Assembly (NCBI GenBank): GCA_963716395.1
Contig: OY970309.1
Span: forward strand, 3,648,001-3,712,000
Direction of reading: 5' to 3'
DNA: 64,000 bases
Origin: an uncultured Fibrobacteria bacterium
GTDB lineage: Bacteria; Fibrobacterota; Fibrobacteria; UBA11236
The first letter of the stretch is position 1. Each line of letters starts with the position of its first letter. The notes below the pieces were generated by a model that saw only the letters and a program-made list of their open reading frames with translations, made no database searches and had not been told where the DNA came from. This document shows, piece after piece, positions 54,141-63,889 of the stretch. A program made the translations under genes and the position numbers.

Positions 54141-54312
54141 AAAAACGGGCTCCAAAAGGGTACCTCAAATCATCGCCGCCTTCACCTTTCTGCCGCCGCC
54201 TTTTCGGCGCGGTCGGGTGATGGGCGTCGCTGATTTGAAAAGCCTAAAATAAGAAGTTCGGTACGGCCCAAGCCGGCTTCGTCCTGCTACGGTTACGTTT
54301 CCGGCGGCCGGT

Positions 54313-54915
54313 TCACCACGAATCGGCAGGAGGCGTCGTGATGCGCCAGCGCGGGTGCAATATCAGTTCCCGGGTGCCGGTGTCCCGGCCGTCGCGCCAG
54401 CGGATTTCCACGCTGCGTACGTAACGGCATTCGGGGCCTTGCACCACCCCGTCGCGATCGCGATCCAACTCGGAAAAGTCGATGACGCCGTCGTGGTTTT
54501 CATCCAGGGAATCGAGCAAAGCGCGGCAACCCGCGTCATTTGCCGGGGCCTGACTGCAATCCGGACCCTGCGCGTCCAGGCTCAAAGCATACAGGTCGGG
54601 GACGGGCCGGCCGTTCCACAGCGCCGAATCGCCGGATTTTTCCAGGATCATGCGTTGGCCCCCGCGGGAAATAAACACCAAGGTTTGTGGTGAAACCGCA
54701 ACCAGGCCGCGGCCTTCCAGCAACCCGTTTTCCACCGCGGCCGTCCAGGCGGCTTCGCTTTGCACGAGATACAGCCGCTTCCAACCCAAATGCGCGGCCC
54801 CTCCCCAAGCGCGAAAAAAACGATAGGCCAAGGCTCCCACCGCCGCGGCCACGGCCAAGGCCACCACCAATTCCAACAGCGTAAAACCCCGACCGCGACG
54901 CATCTTCAATACCAT
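54313..54915 (-). CDS. minor pseudopilin (GspJ/PilW-like) with tandem EF-hand loops
   Basis: Prepilin site RG|FTLLE; DENHDGVIDFSE and DRDRDGVVQGPE. Confidence 0.78.
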   Translation of the reverse strand: MVLKMRRGRGFTLLELVVALAVAAAVGALAYRFFRAWGGAAHLGWKRLYLVQSEAAWTAAVENGLLEGRGLVAVSPQTLVFISRGGQRMILEKSGDSALWNGRPVPDLYALSLDAQGPDCSQAPANDAGCRALLDSLDENHDGVIDFSELDRDRDGVVQGPECRYVRSVEIRWRDGRDTGTRELILHPRWRITTPPADSW

Positions 54916-55361
54916 CGGTAATCGGGCAGCACCAGGAACAGGCGCGCCGTGTCCGTGGTCGCTGCCGGGGAACCTTCCGGCTGCGAACCGTCGGAAAACC
55001 AGGCCCGGAGCAGCACTTCCAGCGGTCTTTGCGCCCAGGCCTGGCGGATTTTATCGGTGACGAGGAGCGGGTCGAACAAGGTTTCACGCCGGGCGGAATC
55101 GAGCACGGTGCGCTGCAAGGTCAAGGTTCGCCCACTGACGCCGGAAAGGCTGAACTCTGTGTCTGGCAACGGCACCGACTCCGCCGCATCTTGCAGTTGT
55201 TCGGCTTGGGAGACCAAGGCTTCGAAGGCCGCCTGGCGTTGCCGCAAGCGCTGATCGGTGGCGAACCCGGCGCGCAATCCCCACCACAGGACGCCGGCGC
55301 CGGCCAGCAGAATCACCAGCGCGACCAGGATTTCGATCAAGGTGAATCCGCGTCGGTTCAT
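54906..55361 (-). CDS. minor pseudopilin (GspI/PilV-like)
   Basis: Prepilin site RRG|FTLIEILVAL. Confidence 0.8.
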   Translation of the reverse strand: MNRRGFTLIEILVALVILLAGAGVLWWGLRAGFATDQRLRQRQAAFEALVSQAEQLQDAAESVPLPDTEFSLSGVSGRTLTLQRTVLDSARRETLFDPLLVTDKIRQAWAQRPLEVLLRAWFSDGSQPEGSPAATTDTARLFLVLPDYRWY

Positions 55362-56797
55362 GGCACGGAGAAGGAAAGCAGTTGGAATTGCGCCGTCGAC
55401 CGATCGGCGACCGGCCCGAAATCCCAGGGCTGAACGAAGTCCGGAGGCAGGGCTTCACGATCGAGGATGGCGTCGCCCAGGCAGCTTTGCCCGGGCGTGG
55501 CCGCACCGCAGCGCAACGTGGCCGCCACCACGCTGCCCTGGATCAAACCGGCCGGCCAAATCTGGTTGGCCAATAACACGCCGGTCACCCGGCAAGCCGA
55601 TCCTTCCAGAACGATTTTTCCCCAGCTGCCGGTGGAGACCACAAAGCCGCGCACCGCAGCCTGGCCTAGAATGCGGATGGCCTGGGAGGAATCGGCCGTG
55701 GTCGGCGCCTGCAAGACCAGGGAGTTGCCGGTCACGGCGGCCCGATCGCGCACGATGAGGTTGCGGCCCGACAGCAGCAGACCTTCGACTTGGGCCTGGT
55801 CCTGCAGAATCAACTGGCCTTGCGCGAACAGGGTCACATCCTGTCCTTGCGCCCCGCCTTCGAAATACACATCCCCCGCGGTCAGCAAGGTGACGTTCTT
55901 CAGCAGCACCGGGCCGCGCACGTGAATGCCGTGCTCCGAGGCGATGACGGCCGGCCCGTCCAGTTCCCACGTCGCGGCGCCGTCCTGCCGCAGGGTGACG
56001 TCGCCCAGGGGAAAAGACAAAGGCTTTCCCGGGCTCAGTGGCGGCGGCCGCGCGGAGGTGTATTCACCGTTGCCCGGCTCGGCGGCTTCGGCCGCCAGGG
56101 CTCCGCGCAATTGATTCAGCAGCGACTGGTATTTTTCGGCCACGTCGTCGTCGGCGTAGTTCGGCCCCTGGATGGCGGCCGGCAGCGGCAAGGTGGTGAT
56201 TCCCGCCATGGGTTTTTTCATGCGGATGGCGCCGCGTACCTGATCGGATCGAAAGGGTTTCAACGCCGAATCGCCGGTCAAGGTCAAGGCCGCCGAAAAC
56301 CACAAGGGATCCAGCACCCGGCCGAAGCGGGCCTGCACCGTGACCGATTCGGGACCGCTGACCCCGGTCGAACGGATATCGAGATAAGCCCGATCGCGGT
56401 TCACTTGCACCGTCGGAGCCGGCTGGGCCGAATCGAGATAAAAGCGAACGGTATCGAGCGCGGTGCGTAATTGGTCGTTCGCGAACACCGTGTCGCGGCC
56501 CGTGTCCGGAGCCCCGAACAGCCGTTCGCGAAAAAGCTGCAACGAGATGCCGGCTTCGGCCCGATAAAAGGCCTGGCGGTGACGCCGGTTGCGGGTCAGC
56601 AGGCCGGCTACATCACGCTGTTGCTTCCACAACAGGCCGACACCCAACGATGCCGCGGCCAGAATGATCAGTACCCAGGGTAGGGCCGCACCGCGCACCG
56701 CGGCCCGCGGCAATTCCCCGGTGCAGCGCAGATGGGATCGAGGCCCGGAAACCGCGTGGGCGGCTCGGGCCGGCGGCCACTGCGAGGAGAAAGGCAT
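55358..56797 (-). CDS. PilX/GspK-like minor pilin with beta-helix-like C-terminal repeats
   Basis: RGAALPWVL hydrophobic segment, QAFYRAEAG motif, repetitive G-x-V-x-(I/L) strands. Confidence 0.6.
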   Translation of the reverse strand: MPFSSQWPPARAAHAVSGPRSHLRCTGELPRAAVRGAALPWVLIILAAASLGVGLLWKQQRDVAGLLTRNRRHRQAFYRAEAGISLQLFRERLFGAPDTGRDTVFANDQLRTALDTVRFYLDSAQPAPTVQVNRDRAYLDIRSTGVSGPESVTVQARFGRVLDPLWFSAALTLTGDSALKPFRSDQVRGAIRMKKPMAGITTLPLPAAIQGPNYADDDVAEKYQSLLNQLRGALAAEAAEPGNGEYTSARPPPLSPGKPLSFPLGDVTLRQDGAATWELDGPAVIASEHGIHVRGPVLLKNVTLLTAGDVYFEGGAQGQDVTLFAQGQLILQDQAQVEGLLLSGRNLIVRDRAAVTGNSLVLQAPTTADSSQAIRILGQAAVRGFVVSTGSWGKIVLEGSACRVTGVLLANQIWPAGLIQGSVVAATLRCGAATPGQSCLGDAILDREALPPDFVQPWDFGPVADRSTAQFQLLSFSVP

Positions 56798-56811
56798 CGG
56801 CAGGATTCCCG

Positions 56812-57270
56812 TTACGGTTGCAGCCCGATTTCGAATTCTCCTCCGGCGTCGCGCAAACGGGCGTGATCCCCGTTGACTTCGATCAAGGTCGCGCCGCCCA
56901 CGCTTTCGCCCACCCGCAGCAAATGCTTGACGCCGGCTGAATCGATGATCATGGCCACGACGTCGTCCACGGTTCCGGTCAAAGTCCATTGGCGCCGGGG
57001 TTGGGGCCGGGCGGCCGGACGGGATCGCGAAGCATGCGGCGGAGTCTCGACGTGAAAAGGATTGCGGTTTTCCCCGGTGTCCGCGATGGCCGCACCCGTT
57101 CCGGTGTCGTTCTCCCGGGCGCGCAGCGCGGGTGGCAGCGACGAATCCGAGCGGGACGCGGGGGCATTGGTTTCCGCCACCGCTCCCTCCGGATAGGCGC
57201 GCACAAAAGCCCGCATCCCCACGGCCACGATTCCGGCGGCGATCAGCCAGGGCCAGGGCCGCAAGTTCAC
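56812..57270 (-). CDS. GspC/PilP-like assembly protein
   Basis: N-terminal TM, RNPF, LTGT...AMI...LRVGESVGGATLIEV. Confidence 0.65.
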   Translation of the reverse strand: MNLRPWPWLIAAGIVAVGMRAFVRAYPEGAVAETNAPASRSDSSLPPALRARENDTGTGAAIADTGENRNPFHVETPPHASRSRPAARPQPRRQWTLTGTVDDVVAMIIDSAGVKHLLRVGESVGGATLIEVNGDHARLRDAGGEFEIGLQP

Positions 57271-57830
57271 GGTCGGGCCCCTTCCGCGGCGGTGTGCACC
57301 ACCAAGGTGAAATCCAGCGACAGTTTTGCACCCGCTTCACCGGTGCGCAGCAACACTTCGTCAAAATAGGCTTCGGGGTGCCGCTCCCGGAGATCGCGGA
57401 ACCAGCGCAGCGCCGCGGGATAATCGGCGCGCACCTCCCAGCGCAGCCGCACGGCGCGCAGGCCGTCGGCCGAGTCTACCGAGGAGGACAGGCGCAAGAC
57501 TTCGCAGCCCGCGGCTTGCGCCTCGCGCCGCAGAGGATCGGAAATTGCCGACGCTTCCCGTTGCGGCGACAGTTCGCGCCGCACGCGGTTTTGCATGCGG
57601 TGCAGCGCCCCCACCTCGTCGGTCAGTGCGGCGCGGGTCGAATCGAGCCAGGGCGCGCGGTACACGTTTTCGTGCAGGACCGCCAGCTCGGATTGCAGCA
57701 GCCGGCGCCGGGCCGCCAGATGCTGGGTCGGACCCAACAGCAGGGCGATCAGCACACACGCGGGCAGCACCGCCGCGGCGAAGCCCAGCGTTTTCACCCG
57801 CGGCGAAGCGCTATCGCTCCAGGATTTCAC
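57267..57830 (-). CDS. GspM/PilO-like assembly protein
   Basis: TM, coiled coil, ADYPAALRWF ferredoxin-like C-terminus; cluster position. Confidence 0.6.
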   Translation of the reverse strand: MKSWSDSASPRVKTLGFAAAVLPACVLIALLLGPTQHLAARRRLLQSELAVLHENVYRAPWLDSTRAALTDEVGALHRMQNRVRRELSPQREASAISDPLRREAQAAGCEVLRLSSSVDSADGLRAVRLRWEVRADYPAALRWFRDLRERHPEAYFDEVLLRTGEAGAKLSLDFTLVVHTAAEGARP

Positions 57831-59173
57831 GGCGTCTCCGCCAAGGTGCAGGTGGCGTGATACGAAACCCGTTTTCGGGAGGGATCCTGCCGCTGATCCG
57901 ACAAGGCCACGTCGGAGAAGTACGGCAGCTTGCGCAGCCGCTCCTGCACGGGGCGGATTTCGTTCCAGTCGCCGACCCAGCCCAGAAAGCTCACTGTCTT
58001 TTTCCCGTCGCCCGCGGTGCGCAGCAGCACGCCGTCGAGCCCGGCATGAGGCGGCAACGCCGCGGCGATGCCGCGCAGCACCCGGTCGACGGGAGTGGGG
58101 CGATGCCACAACGGCCGCAGTTGCAACAGCGAATCGAGCACATTCCGGCGCTCCGCCCGCAGCGCCTGGATTTCCTCGACCCGGCTCGCATATTGCGCGG
58201 CCTGCGCGCGCGCGCCGGCCAAGGCGGAACGCACCGATAGCAGACGCGCGCCTTCGCCCAGGAAAGCCAGACCGCCCAAGAGCAAAGCCGCCAAGGCGGT
58301 TTTCGCCAACCGATCCCACATGCGGATTTCCAGATTGGCATCCTGGCGGCGGGCTCCGGCACGGTTGTGGATGGCCCCCTCCTCGCGCACGGCGGCCAAG
58401 GCCAATCCGAAATGCCACAGGTCGGCCCCGGGTTTTGGACCTCCTCCGTAACCAGGCGGTGACGGAAGCGGGCGGGTTTCGCCCAGGGCCGCGGAAATGT
58501 CAACGTGCGCAGATGCGGGAAGGTCGGCGAAAACCGCAAACTCTTCGCCGTCCCCCGGCTCCTGTGCATAGAGACGATGCTCGGACAAGCGCTTGCAGGC
58601 GAAATCAAACGGCCGATCGGAGACCCGGATCAGGTGATAGGCCTGGGCATGGCGATAGGCCAGCGAATAAATCCACCCGCCGCGGGCCAGCACCAACTGG
58701 AATTGCGACCGGCCCGTGGTACGCGCCGTCCAATCTCCCAGGGCGACCACGGCCAGTTCCAGGGGCAGCAATTGATCCCACAGACCGGGCCGCTCGCTTT
58801 CGTCGGCCCCGGCCAAGGTGGCGAACACGCGGTGCTGCGAACCCAAATGCGTGTCTTCGAGATGGGTCACATGCCAGCCCTGCAAGGCCAAGGTCTCGGA
58901 TTTCGGCCCCAAGGCTTCGCGCATCGCCGAGGCGACCATGGCTTCGGTGATGGATTCCCCGTAGGGCGTACGCACTTCGATCTGCAGGAAAGGGAGCCCG
59001 GCCACGCCGGCGCAGGCGCCGTCGACCCGGCGGATCAGCCGCCACGAAGGCGGTGCGGCGGACGGCTCGAAGTGTTCAAGCACGGGATCGCCGGGAGCCC
59101 GCCACTTGAAAAAAGCCAATCCGGGCGCGGGCCCTTGAACGGCCAGGCGCAATGGGCGACGCAACCAGGACAA
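57827..59173 (-). CDS. GspL/PilM-PilN-like assembly protein
   Basis: Cytoplasmic domain, NL motif before TM, coiled coil, IAAALP...PYFSDVAL (PilN-like). Confidence 0.6.
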   Translation of the reverse strand: MSWLRRPLRLAVQGPAPGLAFFKWRAPGDPVLEHFEPSAAPPSWRLIRRVDGACAGVAGLPFLQIEVRTPYGESITEAMVASAMREALGPKSETLALQGWHVTHLEDTHLGSQHRVFATLAGADESERPGLWDQLLPLELAVVALGDWTARTTGRSQFQLVLARGGWIYSLAYRHAQAYHLIRVSDRPFDFACKRLSEHRLYAQEPGDGEEFAVFADLPASAHVDISAALGETRPLPSPPGYGGGPKPGADLWHFGLALAAVREEGAIHNRAGARRQDANLEIRMWDRLAKTALAALLLGGLAFLGEGARLLSVRSALAGARAQAAQYASRVEEIQALRAERRNVLDSLLQLRPLWHRPTPVDRVLRGIAAALPPHAGLDGVLLRTAGDGKKTVSFLGWVGDWNEIRPVQERLRKLPYFSDVALSDQRQDPSRKRVSYHATCTLAETP

Positions 59174-59183
59174 AGCGGTTCCT

Positions 59184-59603
59184 TCACTGCAACAAACGCA
59201 GCACGTCGTTCAGTTCGGCGCGAATCCGCTCCAGCTCTTCGCGCCCGAGCGAGGCCGACGCGTCGGCGGCGGACGTCTTCGCACCCGGCTTGGGCGCGGC
59301 CATCCAGGACCGAAGCAGCGAAACCTGCCCGGCCACTTCTTCGAGCGTCACTTCCAGGAGTTTTTTCTTGGCGCCCTGGATGGTGTACTTCTCTTCGTGC
59401 AACAGGTAACGGATATAGTGGATGTATTGGATTTCCTTGGCGCGATAGGCGCGGTTGCCGGCGCGGTTCTTGCGCGGGCGCATTTGCGCGAATTCGGTTT
59501 CCCAATAGCGCAGCACATGCGGCTCCAAGCCGGTCAAACGGCACACTTCGGAAATGGCGTAATAGAGTTTTCCCCCCTCGAGGCGCTGCAAGCTGCCTTT
59601 CAC
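59184..59603 (-). CDS. MerR-family HTH transcriptional regulator
   Basis: KLYYAISEVCRLTGLEPHVLRYWETEF..PRKNRAGNRAY..YTIQGAK. Confidence 0.88.
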   Translation of the reverse strand: MKGSLQRLEGGKLYYAISEVCRLTGLEPHVLRYWETEFAQMRPRKNRAGNRAYRAKEIQYIHYIRYLLHEEKYTIQGAKKKLLEVTLEEVAGQVSLLRSWMAAPKPGAKTSAADASASLGREELERIRAELNDVLRLLQ

Positions 59604-60223
59604 GTGGCTTTTCCCCGGAAGCGCGGCTCCGCGCCCTGGAGCAGGCGCACGATGTTGGCGCGATGGCGCACGATGACGAAAACCGCCACCAGCAAGGCTA
59701 CCCAGAACACGGGGACGAAACCGCCGGCGCTGTGCCAACGGGCCTCCCAGAACACCAACGGGGGCAGCACCAAGGCCGAAGCCAGCGAGGCCAGACTCAC
59801 GATGCGACTCAAGCCCATGACCGCGCCCCACAGCCCCAACGCGAGCAAAGAAGCGATGGGACTCAGGAATACGAAGACGCCGAATGCGGTGAGCACGCCC
59901 TTGCCGCCTTTGAATCCGGACAGGAAGGAGTAGGCATGGCCCAGTACGGCCGCGGCTCCGGCCGCCAGGGCGCCGACGGCGGAATGGGTCCAGGCCAGAC
60001 CGACGGCGGCGGCCGCCGCCCCCTTGCCGGCATCGAGCAGGGCCACGGGCAAGGCGGGCCTCCAACCGAAGGCGCGCCACACGTTGGTCATGCCCGGATT
60101 GCCGCTGCCGATGCAGGTGATGTCGACGCGAAAGAAAATCCGGCACACCCAGATGGCGGTGGGCAGCGAACCCAGTCCGTAGCCGGCCAGTAACGCCGCG
60201 GGGTATCCCGCCGCCGGGGCCAT
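59600..60223 (-). CDS. plsY: glycerol-3-phosphate acyltransferase
   Basis: GYGLGSLP, GSGNPGMTN, FKGGKGV, RHRANIVRL. Confidence 0.93.
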   Translation of the reverse strand: MAPAAGYPAALLAGYGLGSLPTAIWVCRIFFRVDITCIGSGNPGMTNVWRAFGWRPALPVALLDAGKGAAAAAVGLAWTHSAVGALAAGAAAVLGHAYSFLSGFKGGKGVLTAFGVFVFLSPIASLLALGLWGAVMGLSRIVSLASLASALVLPPLVFWEARWHSAGGFVPVFWVALLVAVFVIVRHRANIVRLLQGAEPRFRGKAT

Positions 60224-61647
60224 CAGGCCACCTCCGCTTCTTGGGAAACCGCCTCCGCTTCTTCGGCCTGCATCCACTCTTCGAATCCGGCACGGCGGCC
60301 GCGCAAAAATTCTTCCAGTTCCAGGTCGGTTCGCAATTGAAAGCGGCTACGGAACCAGATGCGCACCGGCACGCCTTCCAGTTCGAAATACTCCCGGGCG
60401 CGGCGGCGCAAATAGCGCGCATAGCTGCGCAGCACCCGTTCGGGATGCGCGGTTTCAAACGCCAGGCCCACGGGATTCACCAGCACCTGGCAGCAACGGG
60501 TCACTTCTACCGGGCCTTGCGGCGTGCCCGGATGCGGATGATCCGCGGCGGCGGCGGCGAAAAAAGCCACCACGTTTTCGCGCCCCAGCACGCGTTCGAG
60601 ATTCTGTTTCACCTGCAGCGCCATCTCCGGAATCTTGGCCACGCGTTGGCCGGTCAGGGCCGAAACCGCGACGAAGGGCACGCCTTCGAGATCAGGATTG
60701 CGGTGGCGCGCGGCCTTGACCGCAACATCGAACGCGCGGTGGTCGGGATGCACGGCATCCCATTTGCTCAAGGCCAGGATTAATCCCCGGCCTTCTTCCA
60801 GCACCCGCTGGCAAATGCGAAAATCCTGTTCGCCCACGCCTTCCTGCGCATCGACCAGCAGCACGCAGACCTGGCTGCGGCGAATCGATTCGAGCGCCCG
60901 CAAATTGGAATAGTATTCCACGGGGTCTTTGACCCGGGCTTTTTTGCGCAGTCCCGCCGTGTCGGTAATCACAATTCGACGTCCCTGAAAAGCGAACTCG
61001 GTATCGATGGAATCGCGCGTGGTGCCGGCTTCGGCCGAAGTGATTTGGCGTTCTTCGCCGAGCAGGGCGTTGACCAAGGTGCTTTTGCCGGAATTGGGCC
61101 GGCCCAATACGGCCAACCGCAACACCGGGTCGGCGGGATCGAAATCCAGCGCAGGCAGCTTGACAGCCACCCGATGCAGCAGATCGCGGATGCCCAGACC
61201 CGAACGGGCCGACACGGCCTGCGGTTCCCCCATCCCCAAAGACCAGGCGGTGTGCGCGTCCAGCGCCGTCTGGGATTTTTCCGCTTTGTTCACTACCAGC
61301 AGCACGGGCCGGCGCCGGCGCAGCACCATGCGCGCGAATTCCAGATCGGCGGCGGTGACGCCCGTCTGGCCGTCGATGACGAATAACACCACGGCGGCTT
61401 CATCCAAGGCAGTTTCGATATGCCGCCGCACTTGATCGATCAAGGCGTCTCCGGCGGCCGGCAAGAATCCACCCGTATCCACGAGTTGGAAATGCTTACC
61501 GTTCCATTCCGCATTCTGATAATGGCGATCGCGGGTGACGCCCTCGCGGGGCGACACCACGGCGGCCCGGCGGCCCAGAATGCGGTTGAACAGGCTCGAC
61601 TTGCCCACATTCGGCCTTCCGGCGATCACGACGCAGGGCAGGTTCAT
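60223..61647 (-). CDS. der: ribosome biogenesis GTPase Der (EngA)
   Basis: Two G-domains: GRPNVGKSS/DTGG and GRPNSGKST/DTAG; KH-like C-terminus. Confidence 0.95.
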   Translation of the reverse strand: MNLPCVVIAGRPNVGKSSLFNRILGRRAAVVSPREGVTRDRHYQNAEWNGKHFQLVDTGGFLPAAGDALIDQVRRHIETALDEAAVVLFVIDGQTGVTAADLEFARMVLRRRRPVLLVVNKAEKSQTALDAHTAWSLGMGEPQAVSARSGLGIRDLLHRVAVKLPALDFDPADPVLRLAVLGRPNSGKSTLVNALLGEERQITSAEAGTTRDSIDTEFAFQGRRIVITDTAGLRKKARVKDPVEYYSNLRALESIRRSQVCVLLVDAQEGVGEQDFRICQRVLEEGRGLILALSKWDAVHPDHRAFDVAVKAARHRNPDLEGVPFVAVSALTGQRVAKIPEMALQVKQNLERVLGRENVVAFFAAAAADHPHPGTPQGPVEVTRCCQVLVNPVGLAFETAHPERVLRSYARYLRRRAREYFELEGVPVRIWFRSRFQLRTDLELEEFLRGRRAGFEEWMQAEEAEAVSQEAEVA

Positions 61648-61721
61648 CGGCTTGATCCATCCGAGTCTAAGTAATTTAGGGTCAACGTGTTGTAAGATAC
61701 CTTTCACGCCCCACCTTGGAA

Positions 61722-62444
61722 ATGCCGCAAAAAATCGATTTGCACCTACACACTTTGGATGATCCCCGGGATCATCATGTGCGGCATACGGCCGAAGAGT
61801 TGATCGATGCCGCCGCACGCCGGCATTACACGGCCCTGGCCATCACCCTGCATACCCGGCAATGGGAAAGCGAACGCCATCGGCGCTACGCCGCGGATCG
61901 CGGCATCCTCCTCATTCCCGGCGTGGAGCAGGACGTGGAAGGCCGCCACGTGCTGCTGTTGAACTTCGCACGTGACGATGCGCACGCTGTGCATACCTTC
62001 GCCGACTTGCGGCGTCTCAAAGCGGCCCAACGACGACCCGTACTCGTGGCCGCCGCCCACCCTTTTTATCCGGATGCGGTCTGTCTCAAAGAGCGCCTGT
62101 TCGAGCAGCACGACCTGTTCGATGCGATCGAGGTCACGGGCTTTCACCATCGCTGGTGGAACCCCAATCTCCGGGCGCGCGCCGCCGCGGAAAGGCTGGG
62201 ATTGCCGCTGATCGGCAACTCCGACACCCACACGCTGGAGCAATTCGGCACGCTCTGGACCGAAGTCGCTGCCGAGCCGAATGTCGAGTCGATTCTGGCG
62301 GCGCTCAAACAGGGCCGGGGCCGGGTGTGCGGCCGGCCCCTGGGCCTGCGCGAAATGGGTGTCATCGCTTACAAGGTCATCGCCCAAGGCTACATGCCCT
62401 GGGTCGATTACAAAAAGCGGCGCGGACACGTGCCCGCAGAGTAA
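61722..62444 (+). CDS. PHP-domain metal-dependent phosphoesterase
   Basis: IDLHLHT, AITLH, PGVE, AHPF, GNSDTH. Confidence 0.85.
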   Translation: MPQKIDLHLHTLDDPRDHHVRHTAEELIDAAARRHYTALAITLHTRQWESERHRRYAADRGILLIPGVEQDVEGRHVLLLNFARDDAHAVHTFADLRRLKAAQRRPVLVAAAHPFYPDAVCLKERLFEQHDLFDAIEVTGFHHRWWNPNLRARAAAERLGLPLIGNSDTHTLEQFGTLWTEVAAEPNVESILAALKQGRGRVCGRPLGLREMGVIAYKVIAQGYMPWVDYKKRRGHVPAE

Positions 62445-62459
62445 CGGTACGAAACCGGG

Positions 62460-63326
62460 TCAGCGCCAGGTCCAGAACACCGCGCCCGCGATTCCCAGCA
62501 AGACCAGGCCGCTGATGGCGATGTTGGCCAGGAAAAAATCCTGGTTCAAGCCGTCCAGCGAAGCGCCGCGCCGGAACCCGTGCAAATACACCAGCAAGGC
62601 GGCCACGCCCGCCAGGGCCGAGGTATAAACCCATCCCGGCCGGTAGCGCGCGGCGATGGCCACGAGGCAGCCGAACATACCGGCATGCAGCAGCGCGCTC
62701 ACGCGCAGGGACCGGGCGATCCCGTAGCGCACCACCAGGGAATGCAGCCCCGCCGCCGCGTCGAACTCGTGATCCTGCGTGGCGTAGATCACATCGAAAC
62801 CGGCAATCCACAGCCCCAGCGCCAGGCACAGCCAGAAGGCCGGGGCGCCGAAGCGGCCCTGTACCGCAATCCACGCGCCCATGGGCGAGATGCCGATAGC
62901 CAGCCCCAGAAACAGGTGCGACCAGGCGGTGAACCGCTTGGTCAGCGAATAGAAGCACACCGCCGCCAAGGTCGGCAGCGACAGCGCGAACGCCAGGGGA
63001 TTGAGAAAGCGCGTGGCCACTACGAACAGAAGACCGTTCATCGCCAGGAAAGCTGCGACTTCTTTGCGGCCCAGCAAGCCCGCCGGCAAATGCCGCCGCC
63101 GGGTGCGCGGATTGCGCGCATCGTAGCCGGCGTCGACGAGGCGGTTGAAGGCCATGGCCGCATTGCGGCACAATGCCATGCAGGCCAGGATCAACAGAAA
63201 AATCTGCGGCCGTGGCCACCCGCCCGCGGCCCAGAACATGGCGGCCAAGGCAAACGGCAAGGCGAACAAGGTATGCGAAAAGCGCACGAGTTCGAGATAA
63301 TGCCGGAGGCGGGAAAGCAAAATCAT
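62460..63326 (-). CDS. UbiA-family prenyltransferase (MqnP-like)
   Basis: FSHTLFALPF, AMAFNRLVD..YDARNPRT..R.LP, YSLTKR, DVIYATQD. Confidence 0.88.
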   Translation of the reverse strand: MILLSRLRHYLELVRFSHTLFALPFALAAMFWAAGGWPRPQIFLLILACMALCRNAAMAFNRLVDAGYDARNPRTRRRHLPAGLLGRKEVAAFLAMNGLLFVVATRFLNPLAFALSLPTLAAVCFYSLTKRFTAWSHLFLGLAIGISPMGAWIAVQGRFGAPAFWLCLALGLWIAGFDVIYATQDHEFDAAAGLHSLVVRYGIARSLRVSALLHAGMFGCLVAIAARYRPGWVYTSALAGVAALLVYLHGFRRGASLDGLNQDFFLANIAISGLVLLGIAGAVFWTWR

Positions 63327-63889
63327 CCGCCCTTCCCCATCTCGCACCAGCGGCGGCTGACCGGATGATCCAGCCCCAGATGATCCAGCACCCGCGCCAA
63401 CACCGTGTCGACCAAATCGTCGATGGTTTGTGGTTTAAGATAAAAGGCCGGATTGGCGGGAAGCACCACGGCGCCGAGATCAGAAAGCGTTTTCTGGTTC
63501 AGGAAATGGCCGGCATGCATGGGCGTTTCACGCGGCACCACGATCAGGCGGCGGCGCTCCTTCAAGCACACGTCGGCGGCGCGCGTCAGCAAATTGTCGC
63601 CGATGCCGTGGGCGATTTTCCCCAAGGTGGCCATGGAGCAGGGCGCTATCACCATGCCGCGATGCCGAAAGGATCCGCTAGCGATGGGCGCGAACAGATC
63701 GTCGTTGCGATAGACCTTGGCCGCCAGCGCAAACAAGCCTTGATGGCCTTCGAACGCCGCGACTTGCGCGCCGTGTTCGGTGGCCACCACCTGCGTTTCC
63801 AGCCCCAGGTCGCGCAAATGCAATAGCAGCCGATGCGCGTAAACGGCCCCGGAGGCGCCGGTGATGCCGAGCAAGAAAGGCTCATCCAT
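63323..63889 (-). CDS. ubiX: flavin prenyltransferase
   Basis: GITGASG, APIASGS, APCSM, RAADVCLKERR, RETP. Confidence 0.93.
   Translation of the reverse strand: MDEPFLLGITGASGAVYAHRLLLHLRDLGLETQVVATEHGAQVAAFEGHQGLFALAAKVYRNDDLFAPIASGSFRHRGMVIAPCSMATLGKIAHGIGDNLLTRAADVCLKERRRLIVVPRETPMHAGHFLNQKTLSDLGAVVLPANPAFYLKPQTIDDLVDTVLARVLDHLGLDHPVSRRWCEMGKGG

Noticed and set aside
54177-54240. c-di-GMP or fluoride riboswitch
   Set aside because: Hallmark nucleotides of these aptamers are not present; kept only as an unassigned hairpin.
52486-54252. 588-aa plus-strand ORF
   Set aside because: Antisense shadow of gspE.
59604-60458. Long N-terminal extension on the MerR ORF
   Set aside because: It overlaps plsY and der in other frames; the GTG at 59603 is the plausible start.
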